Assembly: GCF_001194135.2 (NCBI RefSeq)
Contig: NC_068999.1
Location: forward strand, 51,718,758-51,782,757
Reading direction: 5' to 3'
Source: Octopus bimaculoides
Taxonomy: Eukaryota
Length of the DNA: 64,000 nucleotides
The notes under the pieces are model-generated. The model saw only the letters and a list, made by a program, of their open reading frames with translations. It did no database searches and was not told where the DNA came from. Positions 41,953 to 54,035 of this stretch are shown piece by piece. A program made the position numbers and the translations under genes. Each line of letters opens with the position of its first letter. Within the stretch, counting starts at the first letter, position 1.

Positions 41953-43230
41953 NNNNNNNNNNGCATACACACTTATGCAGACGTTGTCATAGTCCACACT
42001 CATGCACACACACACAAACACACACACACACACACACACACACTATGGGCTTCCACAGAACTTCTCTCTACCAAAATCATCTACATGGCATTGATCAACC
42101 CAGGGTGCCATGCAATGGGACTGAACCCAAAACTTTAGTTGCAAAGTGACCTTCTTAACCACATGTATAATAGATTAAGAAAGGAGACGAGAAGGCAGAT
42201 GTGCATTGGAGATATCAGACATGTATTTTCTGAGTGACTTTAGCACTGATGCAAACATGATGGTGTACATAGATGACACCTGCTGGTTGGGTGGAAGCGC
42301 AAAATGTGTTGTGTGCTGATAATTAAAGATATGATTAGCAGATGAAAAGTATGGGAGACAGCAGAAGTGGGTAGTGATCAGATGTAAAGGTGATAAGTTT
42401 TCACAGATAAGACATCACGAGATCATAAGTGTCTTATCCGAAAGCATGCCATTACGAGGTAAAATAGGTGTTAAACCTGTTTGATATCAACTTGCTTTTG
42501 ACTGCCTTTGGTCCCGTGACTCAAGCTTCCTGTTTTAAAGGGATCTGAATTAAAACATTCCATCAATATTTCGGATTCTCTTCAAAACACTAGCTTAATA
42601 TTGATTTCAAATTTTGGCACAAGACCAGCAAGTTCGGGGAAATGGGTTAAGTTAGTTACATTTCTACCTCTAGGAATAATTTCTTAGACAGGCACAGTAC
42701 CAGACATTTGGTGGAGGTAGTTAGTTGATAAAATCAAATGCCGTACATAAAATCAAATGTCGCACATTAAAATGGTGATGATGGATGAAAGGCAAAGTTG
42801 ACCTTGGTGGGTTTGAACTCGGAACAGGAACAGCTGGAGCAAATACCACAAGGTATTTAGTATAGTACTCTAGCGATTCTGCCAACCCACTATTTTTGTT
42901 TCCATCTGCCAAATCCACTAACAAGGCTCTGGTCAGTCCAGGGCTATAGTAGCAGGCACCCAAGGTGCCACACTGTGGGATTGAAACCGAAACCATATGG
43001 TTGGGAAGCAGCCACACAACCATCTCGAAATTAACCACACTGCCACACTTGCACCCACAAATTATCAGGTATGTAATAAACTCATATGTATGTAACAATA
43101 TTCTTTCTGAAAACCCCAACAGATAAAAGGAAATGCATATGGTTCTAGTGTAAAGCAAATGGTTCTTGTTAGAAAAAAAATCAATAGATCGTCTTATAAT
43201 CTAATTTATATTTCAATATTTCTTTTGCAG

Positions 43231-43435
43231 AAATTCAAGACGTTATCATTGATCACCTGAAGCAGTTCTATGGAGAAACTGCAAGTATTGGATTCAGTTC
43301 ACCGTGGGGAAAATTTCCAGAACTTCGGACACAGGACCTCAACCTCTGCCTGTATCGGGTCCTGGACTTCCGAAACAGGAATGATATACCAGACATCACT
43401 TCTATGTACCATGACAGTAATCAGCCCCCTTATAG
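43231..43435 (+). CDS. NLR-like gene, penultimate exon (pre-NACHT region)
   Basis: tttcttttgcag|AA ... TATAG|gtaag; 205 nt, phase 1 in and phase 2 out. Open frame (E)IQDVIIDHLKQFYGETASIGFSSPWGKFPELRTQDLNLCLYRVLDFRNRNDIPDITSMYHDSNQPPY(R) joins in frame to CHEVSIYDLF. The Lxx(F/Y)Y...PW pattern resembles segments preceding animal NACHT domains. Confidence 0.8.
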
Positions 43436-43899
43436 GTAAGTTGCCAGGTGAAGTGCTTAGCGGTATTTCGTCTGCCGTTATGTTCTGAGTTCAAATTCCA
43501 CAGAGGTCGACTTTGCCTTTCATCCTTTCGGGGTTGATAAATTAAGTCCCAGTTACGCACTGGGGTTGATGTAATCGACTTAATCCCTTTGTCTGTCTTT
43601 GTTTGTCCCCTCTATGTTTAGCCTCTTGTGGACAGTTCAAACAGGACAGCAAAGTATCAATTCCTTTCATTGAGAGAGAGAGAGAGAGATTTTTTTGTTT
43701 CCATCCTGCTGACAAGGATCTTGATACGTTTTGTTATAAACAAACACCGAGTTGATTCGGGTTGTGTAAGAGAAAGACCGAAGAGTTTTGCTGATCTCCT
43801 GTAGATGTAACAAATTTCCATCTAATAAATCGACAAATATAAACAAGAGAACAGATGCTGAACAACATGTTTTATCCTAACTAAAACAATATTCTTGAC

Positions 43900-44400
43900 T
43901 TCAGATTAGCATATGTTTACATAGCATTTTCTATCTTACATTTTTAATCTTTTTTATATAATATCATTTTCTATTGATATAATTACCAAACAATTTTATC
44001 TGTCTTGTTTCGTCAAGGATGACTGTAAATATGTCTTTATAAGCCTTAGTTTACTAAAGCTTCTCTATCCATGGCAACAGTTATAGCTATTGTAAACATT
44101 ACTGTTAATGCGTCTTGTGCACATGGCATGACATCCATAGCTTATTACTGTCGATAAATCTTGTGGCTTCTGTCAGAAGCTTTACATCTCCAGGAAATAA
44201 TTCTTTTTGCGCTATCAAGTTCAGTCAAAAGATCACATCTGTTAATATTGCAATATTCTTGGTAACGTAACTTATCCTGTAAACCTTGACATGCCAATCT
44301 CAGTTTATTTATATCTTGCAAATTTTTAAAGTTTTTCAAAAATTCTAACACCTTGTAGAAATGCTGTAAAACTTCAAATCTTCCTCAAGCATTACGAGGA
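43900..44400 (-). mobile_element. hAT transposase C-terminal (dimerization domain) relic, in NLR intron 2
   Basis: Reverse strand gives ITVA..RSFSKLRLIKTYLQS, matching the hAT ERSFSxLxxIKxxLRS motif. Confidence 0.75.
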
Positions 44401-46484
44401 ATTTATGATTAGTTTTTTTTTTTTTTAGTCTTCTTTGAAGATTATTGGTATTTTAAATCTCAGTGCACTCATTTTCAAACTGCCTCACCCTGAAGTTTTT
44501 TGTTTTTATTGATACATTCTTTTACTTTCAAAAATAGTTTTCTACATCTAGACTCAGGTATGGCTGTGTGGTTAAGAAGCTTGCTTTGTAATGATGTAGC
44601 TTCAGGTTCAGTCCTACTGCACAGCACCTTGAGCAAGTGTCTTCTACTGTAGCCCTTCACTGACCAATGCCTTGTGAGGGAATTTGGTAGACATGTCGAA
44701 GCCCATTGTGTGTGTATCTTTGTGTCAGTTTGTTTTTATCCCTGTAACTTAGTGGTTCAGCCAAAGAGACCAATGGAATAAGCATCAAACTTGACAAAAT
44801 AAGTCCTAGAGTCAATTTGACTGAACTTTAACCCATTACCTCCCATAATTCTATTAACTGGAATTTTTTTATGAAACTTTGATTTCTAGCATAAAACAGC
44901 CTTAGAAACATGCTGGAATGATCAAAATAACATTTCAAAATAACATTTTAAATAGAAATAAGCAAGATATTGGGTGAAAAATTAGCAAACCTCATTTGAA
45001 TATCAGAGAAATATACCTAGTAGATGTAGCAAAAAGGTTAGATATGTGTAAATATTGACAGATAATTACGAAATTTGTAATTTTTAAGTGATCTATGTCA
45101 GAGGTCTTGCAATGAACTTTCAAGAATGCTTGTTTCAAATCCTGAAATCATTGGAATCTAAAAATGCTCGTTTCAAATCCTGGAAATATAAGGAATCCAA
45201 GAAGCTCTTTATGAACTTTCAAAAATGCTTGTTTCCTATCCTGCGATGAAGCAGAAACTTTTCTGTCCCAAATACAAGATTACAACTTCTTAGTGATGAT
45301 GAATGTTTGGTTATGATATTTTAGGCAGAGTGGATGTTGTAAGCAAAACTAAGTAGATTGCCTTTGTGGAACTGTTCACCAAAATTCTATTATGGAATAC
45401 AGTCACTAATTAATTAAATCAATATTCTGCAAATGGATATGAAAGAGTACTAGCATTAGCAAAGGTATTGGCTACAGAATTAGATCTTTTTATCTGGACT
45501 GCAACCAAGCTGGAGCACTGCCTTAACCCATGTTGTGTGCCATGCAGTGGGACTGAACCCAGAACCATGAGGTTGGGAAGCAAGCTTCTTACCACAAAGC
45601 CACTCCTGCGCCTAATAAATATTGTTTTAATTCACCAAACAAAACCGTCTCCTAGAAAGGTGAAAGGATTGTTGACAAATTTTCACCCACCTGTCAGATA
45701 CTTGCAATGAGTGGATGACAATGAAGCAATAGTTAGTGATGTACCACCCTGGTGTCTGATTACACTTAGGCAGAACAAGACAATCAAAAACATGCTTTAT
45801 ATCCTGTATGCCAGTTTACTTGACCAAAATAAAAATAACTATACAGTTGAACTGAAAGAAGATAGTTGAAATACAACACTCCAATAAGATACTATAAGCT
45901 ATGAAACTAAAAGTCAGATAATTTTACAGTGTTCAGTCGAAAAATTTTCTCAGTTGAGTTAACTAGTTTCTTTCATCTGTAGTTATAATGCAGCTAAATT
46001 GCTTTCTTTATTGTTTTCATTTTTTTTTTAATGATTAAAAAGTTTTTCTTTTCTTAACTACATGTTTGTCACTTTAAGCAAGTGTGTTCTGCTATAGCAC
46101 TGGGCCAATAAAAACCTTGTGAGTGGATTTGGGAGATGGAAACTGAAAGAAACCCATAGTATATGTGTATGTACATACATTTGTGTGTGTGTGTCCTCTT
46201 GTCTTGACAGTGTGTGATAGTTGTAAACGAGCATCACTGTTATACAAGCATTGTTCATTTTCAATCTATTCTGTGAAAACATGTCTGACCATGGGTAGAT
46301 ATTATCTTGCTTGAAGGTTGGCAACAGGAAGGGAATGTGACCTTATAAAATCTGCCTCAATAAACTCCATTTGACCCATGCAAGCATAGAAAAATGGGCA
46401 TTAAAACAATGAAGATGATTTACTTTATTCTCTCTGTCTACAACTTAAGATGTTTTAATGTTATTCTACTTTTTTCTGTTTTAG

Positions 46485-48804
46485 GTGTCATGAAGTGTCC
46501 ATTTATGACCTCTTCTCACCAGTTCAACACAATCTCACACAAATCACCTTAGTCGAGAGTGATGTCCATGAGCAACGATTGCTCTGCTGGAAGTTATTAT
46601 ACGACTGGTCCACAAAGACAATGGTGTCGTCTCCTTTCTATGTGAACAAGTTCACCATCATTATTTATGTAGACTGTCTCCAAGTATCAACATTGTCGGA
46701 TATAAAACCTTCAGAGGCAAGAGAGAGGTTGGTTTCATTAGTGAATATTTTGTTCAATCCGTTGATCCAAGAGAAGAAATGCAGCTGCAAGGATATCTGC
46801 GATTGGCTGGTTTCCATCCAAAACGATGTACTTGTTATTCTTGATAACTTTGATTATGTAAATGATTCCGGTAAAGAAGACCTCCGTGGTATTCTCAGTT
46901 CTCTGTGTTTACCTGAGGCACAGCTGCTAATATCTTGCCGTCCAAGATTCGCCAATCGACAACTCTGTGATCAAATGTTTCTTAATGTTGGACTCCAGTT
47001 TCATTGTAGTTTTGTGTTCCTTCAAGAAATGCTGCTGTCAGACTTCTCTGCATTGGAGGTGTCACTTTTGATTCAGAAGGTTCGGAAAGATTTGGTGCTT
47101 ACTAGAATTCTCCGGAATGTCTATACACTAGTTCTGCTAGCATGGCTTATTATAGACAACCATGCTAAACCAAAGACTAATAGTATTTATCATTTGTACA
47201 GAGAACTTACGCAATGTGCCCTTAGTCGGTACTATACCAAATTTCAAATTCTTCCCGAAAGACATTTAATATCTGTAGTTTTGAAGAAATTGTCCACACT
47301 GTCTGTAAAAATGTGGAAATCAGAGAGGTCATTCTGTAGCCCTAAAGAAATAGATTCCCATTTCTGGCAGCTCCCCAATACTCATCTTGGTTTCTTTGTT
47401 GAGGCCAAACTTCTTCCTTTGCAAAATTCCACATCATATTACATGTTTCCTAGCACAAACTTTTTAGAATATTTTGTGTCTGTTTACATTGCTGAACATA
47501 CAGACAGGTATGAGAGAGATAATCTTTTAGAGTGGGTATTAAGTCGAGAAATGGGTTTCCTCTGGGTAGTGTTAACTGGTTCCCTTATGTCTTGTTATGA
47601 TGAGGATGCAGTTCGCTGTTTACTAGATGTCATGGCAAATATGAGTCGGAAGAAATGTGTTGGCATCGGAATCTTTGATAAAATCACAAGGGGCAATGTG
47701 CATGACTATGACTTGTGTTTAGAGTGCCTTAGTCAGATCTATTTCCCTTCTTCTCTTATGAATTGTGTTGTGGAACATTTTCCAGATGTTTTAGAGTTCC
47801 ACATTCAGAGATGCCCACCTCAAGTTCTTGAAAATTTCTGTCGACTTGCAAGGCTCTGTCGATTAAGGATCCGTGGCATCACTCTTCATTTAGATGGCAT
47901 GGAGGATCAATATTTCTTGTGTATATCCCTGGCACACGCTATAAACCGACTAGAAAATTTGACCACACTACTTATACACTGTGAAAGTGTGTTCAACAGT
48001 CAGTACATTGTCGATATTGTATGCGAAATATTTAAAAAGAATAAATATATACGAACTTTGTCCTTTTGTGGGGAAATGAACAGGGCTGGCAATTTCACAC
48101 CAATAATGTACAAAAAGGTACGATCAGTTTTCACAAGTGACATAGCTTTGCGCATGCTCTGTATAGACAACATTCATAATCGCCATCGTTTAGCATACAT
48201 TCTTAATGTGTTTCCTCACATTTTCGAGAAAATTGAACTAGCAAGATGCGACTTGGAAAGTGCTACTGAGAATCTTGTAGGTAAAATCAAGTTCTCAAAG
48301 AACTTCTCCAGTTTTTCGGTCAGCAACTGTGTTATCAGCGTCACTTCTGTGAATCGTATTTTAGAAGAGCTGCTGAACTGTGAAGGCCTACGCAAGTTGA
48401 ACCTTAGTCTACTGTCACCACTGCGTAACTTCAGCTGCATTGATATCCGTTCCGGTGCATTTAAAGTTGCAGTTGATGACAGCGCATGTGAAAAAATCAA
48501 ACAGATGATTCTCAACCTCCCTCAACTAACGGAACTCATCCTTTGTCAAAACCGAATCGGAGACAAGCAGGTGCAGCTCATCCTGCAAGCCATAATCGAT
48601 ACCGGTCGCTTAGAACATCTAGACTTGAGTGGTAATGTTATAGGGGATGCCAGTGGCAGCCTCTTACAGAAGATGATGACTGAGTGTAGCAGTTTGAATG
48701 TGTTGTGGCTCTGTTCAAATGACTTCTCTGAGTCAATGAGAAAGCAGTTGCTTCAGACTTCTATAGGATTGGACCAGTTAAAGTTAATTGTTGAAAGAAC
48801 TTGA
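46485..48804 (+). CDS. NLR-like protein (degenerate NACHT + HD2 + RI-like LRRs), large terminal exon
   Basis: Contains the 769-aa stop-free ORF 46495-48804. Acceptor tttttctgttttag|G at 46484/46485 is phase 2 and matches the upstream exon. NACHT landmarks in the correct order: Walker-A position ITLVESDVHEQRLLCWKLLYDW (degenerate), Walker B VLVILDNFD, sensor-1 LLISCRP, IYHLYREL, KLSTLSVKMW, winged-helix region YMFPSTNFLEYF. C-terminal LRRs LTELILCQNRIGD, LEHLDLSGNVIGD, LNVLWLCSNDFS. Confidence 0.88.
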
Positions 48805-48864
48805 ATTTTGCGAGATCCGTAATATTCATAAATTGTTATATTCTTGACCAAACATACAAATAAC

Positions 48865-48895
<31 letters not shown>

Positions 48896-49129
48896 AAAAC
48901 AAATCAAAAATCAAAAAAGTAGAAAAAATTTGAAGAAATATATATAAAAAAACCCATTACATTGTTATTCATTTTTCATTGTTCAGTGCACAACTTGTGT
49001 GCATTGCATGCTCTTTTTTTTTAATGATATAAGCTTGCATTTAGCATTTCTTTTTGCAATTGTTTTTAAAGGAGAAAAAAGATGGCGTACTTTAAAAGGC
49101 CACATTGGAATGACAAACAACGAAGAAAA

Positions 49130-49167
<38 letters not shown>

Positions 49168-50369
49168 AGTGTAAAGTTATAATGGGTAAGTGGATTGTTG
49201 AGACAGATAGAAAGAAAGTGTTTGATTGTGAGAGAAGGATAAAGATATGAAGAAAGAAAAGCAGAGAGGGACTTAAGGAGACAGAGGTAATGGGAGATGG
49301 TGAGAGATGTAAGAAGTCTTCATAAAAAGGGGTTAAGAAAAAAGGGGATGGAGAAAAATAAGAGTTCAAAGAAAGTTAGAAAGGACATAGCAAAAAAAAA
49401 AGGATATGTGTGTGTGTGAAAGAAAGAGAAAAAAAGAAATAGTTTTTCATGGGAGACCTGATGGTATGAAAGATATTGAAAGAAAGATAGATAGATAGAT
49501 AAATAAGAGGAATCTGATTGAGAAAGAAAGGAAATAAGGTGGATGGAAAGATAAATTGGAAGGTCTCCTTGATAGAACAAGGTAGAAAGTTAATAAAATA
49601 AAAAGAATGTCTAATAAAAGGACAAGTATTCCAATAGCAGTTTGGTCTTTATGAAACTAAGCCAATGCCAAAAAGAAAAAAAAAAAAGGAAACAAGAAGA
49701 AGCCATAGTGAACCAAGCTAACATGGTTTTCGTATGAGGTATTAGTATCTGGGCTGACTGCCAGGCCAGTGTTTGAGATGAAAACTAATTTGAGGTTTTT
49801 TTACCCTTGGCAAGTTTCACAACACAAGATCTTCTATGACATCAAATAATGCATACATCTTATATGTATGTGTGTATAGTTGCTTGTTAGAAACTGAAGT
49901 ATGACGTAGCAAATTATGGCTAACTTGGGAGGGAGGGAATGAAGCAGAGGAGAGAGAGAGAAAGAAGTGTGTTTGTACATGCATGCATGCGAGAAAGGAC
50001 ATTGCTAGATCTTTCATTTCAATGAGTTTGATGAATTGCTCAGATGAGCTGTGGATTTTTTTTTTTGAGCTGTTGAGTCACCTTCCTTACAAAAGTGCTC
50101 AATAACTTTGTATACATTAACCTTATATTAAGTGTATGTGTTTTGCAGATATAATTGTATGAACTTTGTAGTAAATGCACTCAATTTAACAATGTGTGTG
50201 TATATACACACATGTATACATGAGTACCATTACACTGGACAGTATATTACTGTGTAATATAAACTGTGTGTGCATGTGTATGAGCATGTCAGTTTAATTG
50301 CATTTTAGACATCACTTCACCAGTGTCAGATTCTTGGCTCCCAGCTGCTGCCATCTTTTATGACCTTAG

Positions 50370-50960
50370 CAACCATTTTGATATTCATGTTACACATCGA
50401 ATACCCACATGAACTATATTCAGCTTCTACATATATTAGCTACCATTTTACTATTTGGGTTATCAGCACTTCAACAGTCAATTGACTTTCGAATCACACA
50501 CACGTCCTATATTCAGCTTCCTTACCTTAGCAGTTATTTGACATTCAGCCTACATGTTTTTAGCAGTTGACATTCAAAATGTGCATTCACACACACACAC
50601 ACGTGTTTACGTACCTAGTTATTTGATATTCAAATCACAAGCATACACAAATTCAGTTTCTATTTCCTCAGTCATTTGATATTCAAACCAACACACACGT
50701 TCTCTCTCTCATTTTCACACACACACACACTTTCAGGTATTTGATATTCAAATCACACACACACAAATTCAGTTTCCCCAGTCATTTGATATTCAAACCA
50801 ACCACCCATTCTCTCTTATTCATACACACACACACACACACTCTCTCTCTCTCTCTTAAGCTCACGTACCTTGATATTCAAATCACACACTCGTACATAC
50901 ATTACATTTACACTTAATGCATTCCACTTCTATACCTTGCAAGTAATTTGATATTCAAGT
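50370..50960. repeat. Array of ~10 palindromic TTTGATATTCAAA motifs with variable spacers
   Basis: Copies at about 50377, 50482, 50537, 50567, 50622, 50675, 50740, 50785, 50871, 50947. Confidence 0.85.
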
Positions 50961-51639
50961 CTTGTACTCACTCACTCACACATACTCCACAGTGAAACGT
51001 GTTTTTATTTTTCTAGGTATTAATTCCATTCGTTAGCCATTTCCTTTTTTTTCATAATACTGATTTTAGTTTTCTCTCTCTTACAACTCAACATGCTTTA
51101 CTCCACCTTTTCGTTGTCCTTGCTCGTCCTGTGAGTTTTGACAATATTCCACTACCACTCTCCTCCAAATCACTCTCTCTCTCTATCTCATATATTCACA
51201 CATGTGTATTTATATATATATATATATTTAGGTGTATGTGTGTGTGTACGTATATAAGCATACATGTTTATATATATGTGTGTGTATGTGTATATATATA
51301 TATAAAAATAAATATATCCTCAGCAAGGCCTCTAATTTCTCAGCATCTGTTCTCTTAAAATAACCATTATCTTCATATCTTCATTTTTTTATTAATTAGT
51401 TTGTAATATGAAATTTCTAGAAGATATTCAACTCATGCAAAGAACAAAAATTTTTTTTTTTTTTTAAAGTAGATAAATTTAAAAAAAAAGAAACTCTCCA
51501 AAAAATGCCAGTAGTGATGATAATAATAATAATAATCAAAAAGTCAAAAGAAACACAATTTCTGAAATGTTTTAGTATTGCTATTATTGTATAAGACAGC
51601 AATTAGATTCATCCAGTTTTCTGCCTTTAGACTTTCTTA

Positions 51640-52500
51640 TTTGCCTTTATTGATATTATAATGCATCACACCTCATTGCTGCAAGTGTTGAATTTTTTTT
51701 TTTACCTTTTCTGTTCAGTATTATCATGGTCCTGTTCATCTTTATCATATTAACAATTGTTCTTCTGTTTACTGACATCATTAACATCTGGTTATGTCCA
51801 TCATTGCTGTAAGATACCATCAAACGCCTTAGCTCTGCCCACTGTTATATATGAATGTTGTTTTTTTTCTCCCCCCTCCCAATTCTGTTCTGTTCACTGA
51901 TATCATCATCCTTGGTTTTGTTCATTTTTTTTATCATACAAATGATTTTTTTTCTTGTTCACCGATATCATTAACATGGTTCTGTTCACCATAACTGTAT
52001 GAACAATTTTTTTCTTTGTCTTATAATATCATTTACACTTAAACTATACTCGTTGTTATATGAATGTCATTTTTCCCTCCTCCTGTTCACTTTTTGTCAT
52101 TAATTTCATTAACACTTCACTGAAACCACATGGATGTTTTTCTTCTGTTCATTTACAACACTTTAATTCCTCTCTGTGATCGTTAACATCTTACCTCTAT
52201 TCACTATTGTCATACAAAAGATGTTTCTTCTTCTGATCACCAATATGCCATCAACATCTCAGGTTAGTCTACTTAACTATGAACAGCCTTTTCTTTTTGT
52301 TTATTGACCTCAACAGCAGTCTATCTCTGTTCATTGTTATCACTGCAACCACTTAAAATATTTTCCATTCACTAATATCATAGATGCTTTGGCTCAGTTC
52401 ACTGCTAAAATAATACTAGTTAACATAGTTTTCTGTTCATTGACATCACAACAAGCTTTCACTGTTCACTCTATTAATTCTATATTTTCAAAGCAATTTC
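51640..52500. repeat. Highly degenerate tandem repeat (TTCTGTTCACTGATATCATTAACA-like units)
   Basis: The motif TCTGTTCA(C/T)..(T)ATCATTAAC recurs more than 10 times at irregular spacing. Confidence 0.65.
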
Positions 52501-53862
52501 GACCGTCTCTCTCCCTCGAGTCTTTATCATAACATTAAAGCCATTTTCTTGTTATAATATAAACACTATAGCTGCATGTGTGATATACTACAGCTATAAA
52601 TCTTTCACATGCTATCAACAATACAGAAGATATTTTGCTGTTCATTCTCGCTTTTCTGCACAACGAGCACTTTTTGTCTTTGTTTACTGAAAATTGACCG
52701 TCCATTTTCATGTAAACAGTTATTTTTCCACTGTTCATCTTGATGCAGTGAAATCAGTAAAATAAAAGAGATGAAAAAAAAAGACAATACCTGACACCAG
52801 GATGGACCTGTGGCCTGTCAGTCCAGAAATTCATTGTTTGCTTTTTAGGCAGGGCCACTATCCATCGCTTGCTTCTCAGACCTGTTGTGACTTCACCATA
52901 TTACTCATTTTTGTTAACTGACTGGACTGGGTTATGTGAAACGAAGTGTTTTGTTCAAGAACACAACACATTATCTGGTCCAGGAATTGAAATCACAATC
53001 TTACAATCATGAGCCCAATACCATCGATCTTCTTCCTCATCATCATAATTTGATGTCTGCTTTCCATGCTGGTATGGGTTAGACAGTTTGACTGGAATTG
53101 ATAAGCCAGAGGGCTGCACCAAGTTCCAGTCTGATTTGGTATGGTTTCTGCAGCTGGATGCCCTTCCTAATGCCAACCACTCCAAGAGTGTAATGGGTGC
53201 TTTTTATGTGCCATTTGCACAACACAAGCAATGGCCATGACTATGATCTCACAGGTGCCATTTACGTGGCACTGGAAACGGTCACGATTACAATTTCACT
53301 TGGCTTGGCCAAAGGTCTCAGTCTCTTATCACCTCCATGAGAGGGATGAAAGACAAAGTCAACCTCACTGGAATTTGGACTCGGAACCTAAAGACAGAAG
53401 AAATGGTGCTAAGCATTTTATCCAGCATAGTAACGACTCTGACAGCTTGCCACCTTATTAATAATAACAATAATAAGGTTGCTCCCCAACCTCATGGTGC
53501 CAGGTTCAGTCCCACTGTGTGGAACCTTGGGTCAGTGTCTTCTACCACAACCTTGTAGCAGATTTGGAGATGGAAACAACTGAAACAAGTCCATCATGAA
53601 TGCATGTGTGTGTTCTTGTCTTGACATCATATGACAGTTGAAAACATATCTGGCCATGGGGAAGTATTACGTTGCTAGGAAACAGGTGAAGGTTGACAAC
53701 AAGGGCATCTGGCCATAGAAATTCAGACTGATCTCATGCAAGCATGGAAAAGGGACATTAGAAGTATCCTTTCTACTATAGGCACAACAGAATAATTTAT
53801 AAAAAATATTTTATTTATATAAAAAAAGAAAAAGCCCCACCCAAAGCCCCTCTGGATTACTG

Positions 53863-54035
53863 CTACATCAGACCAATTTTGCATTGGTTTTCTTGAAGAT
53901 GCTGGCACAAAAATGTCTTAAATAATACCATCAGATCAGAAAAGACTTCGGGAATGTCGACAAGTCGGTGAGATTTGACATCTCTCCAATTCCAGTCTAT
54001 CACTACAGCATTGACAGTTTTTAACTTCAATGCAC
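53863..54035 (-). CDS. CMSS1: CMSS1 terminal exon (GALKLKTVNAVVIDWNWRDVKSHRLVDIPEVFSDLMVLFKTFLCQHLQENQCKIGLM*)
   Basis: ttttcttttcag| ... TAG; 173 nt. DWNWRD.K..RxxDIPE signature. AATAAA on the - strand near 53810 is a plausible polyadenylation signal. Confidence 0.93.

Noticed and set aside
39880-50960. CRISPR-like appearance of the 60-bp repeat and the palindrome array
   Set aside because: Eukaryotic context, no cas genes. The 60-mer has no unique spacers, and the palindrome array's spacers are related, microsatellite-rich and irregular in length.
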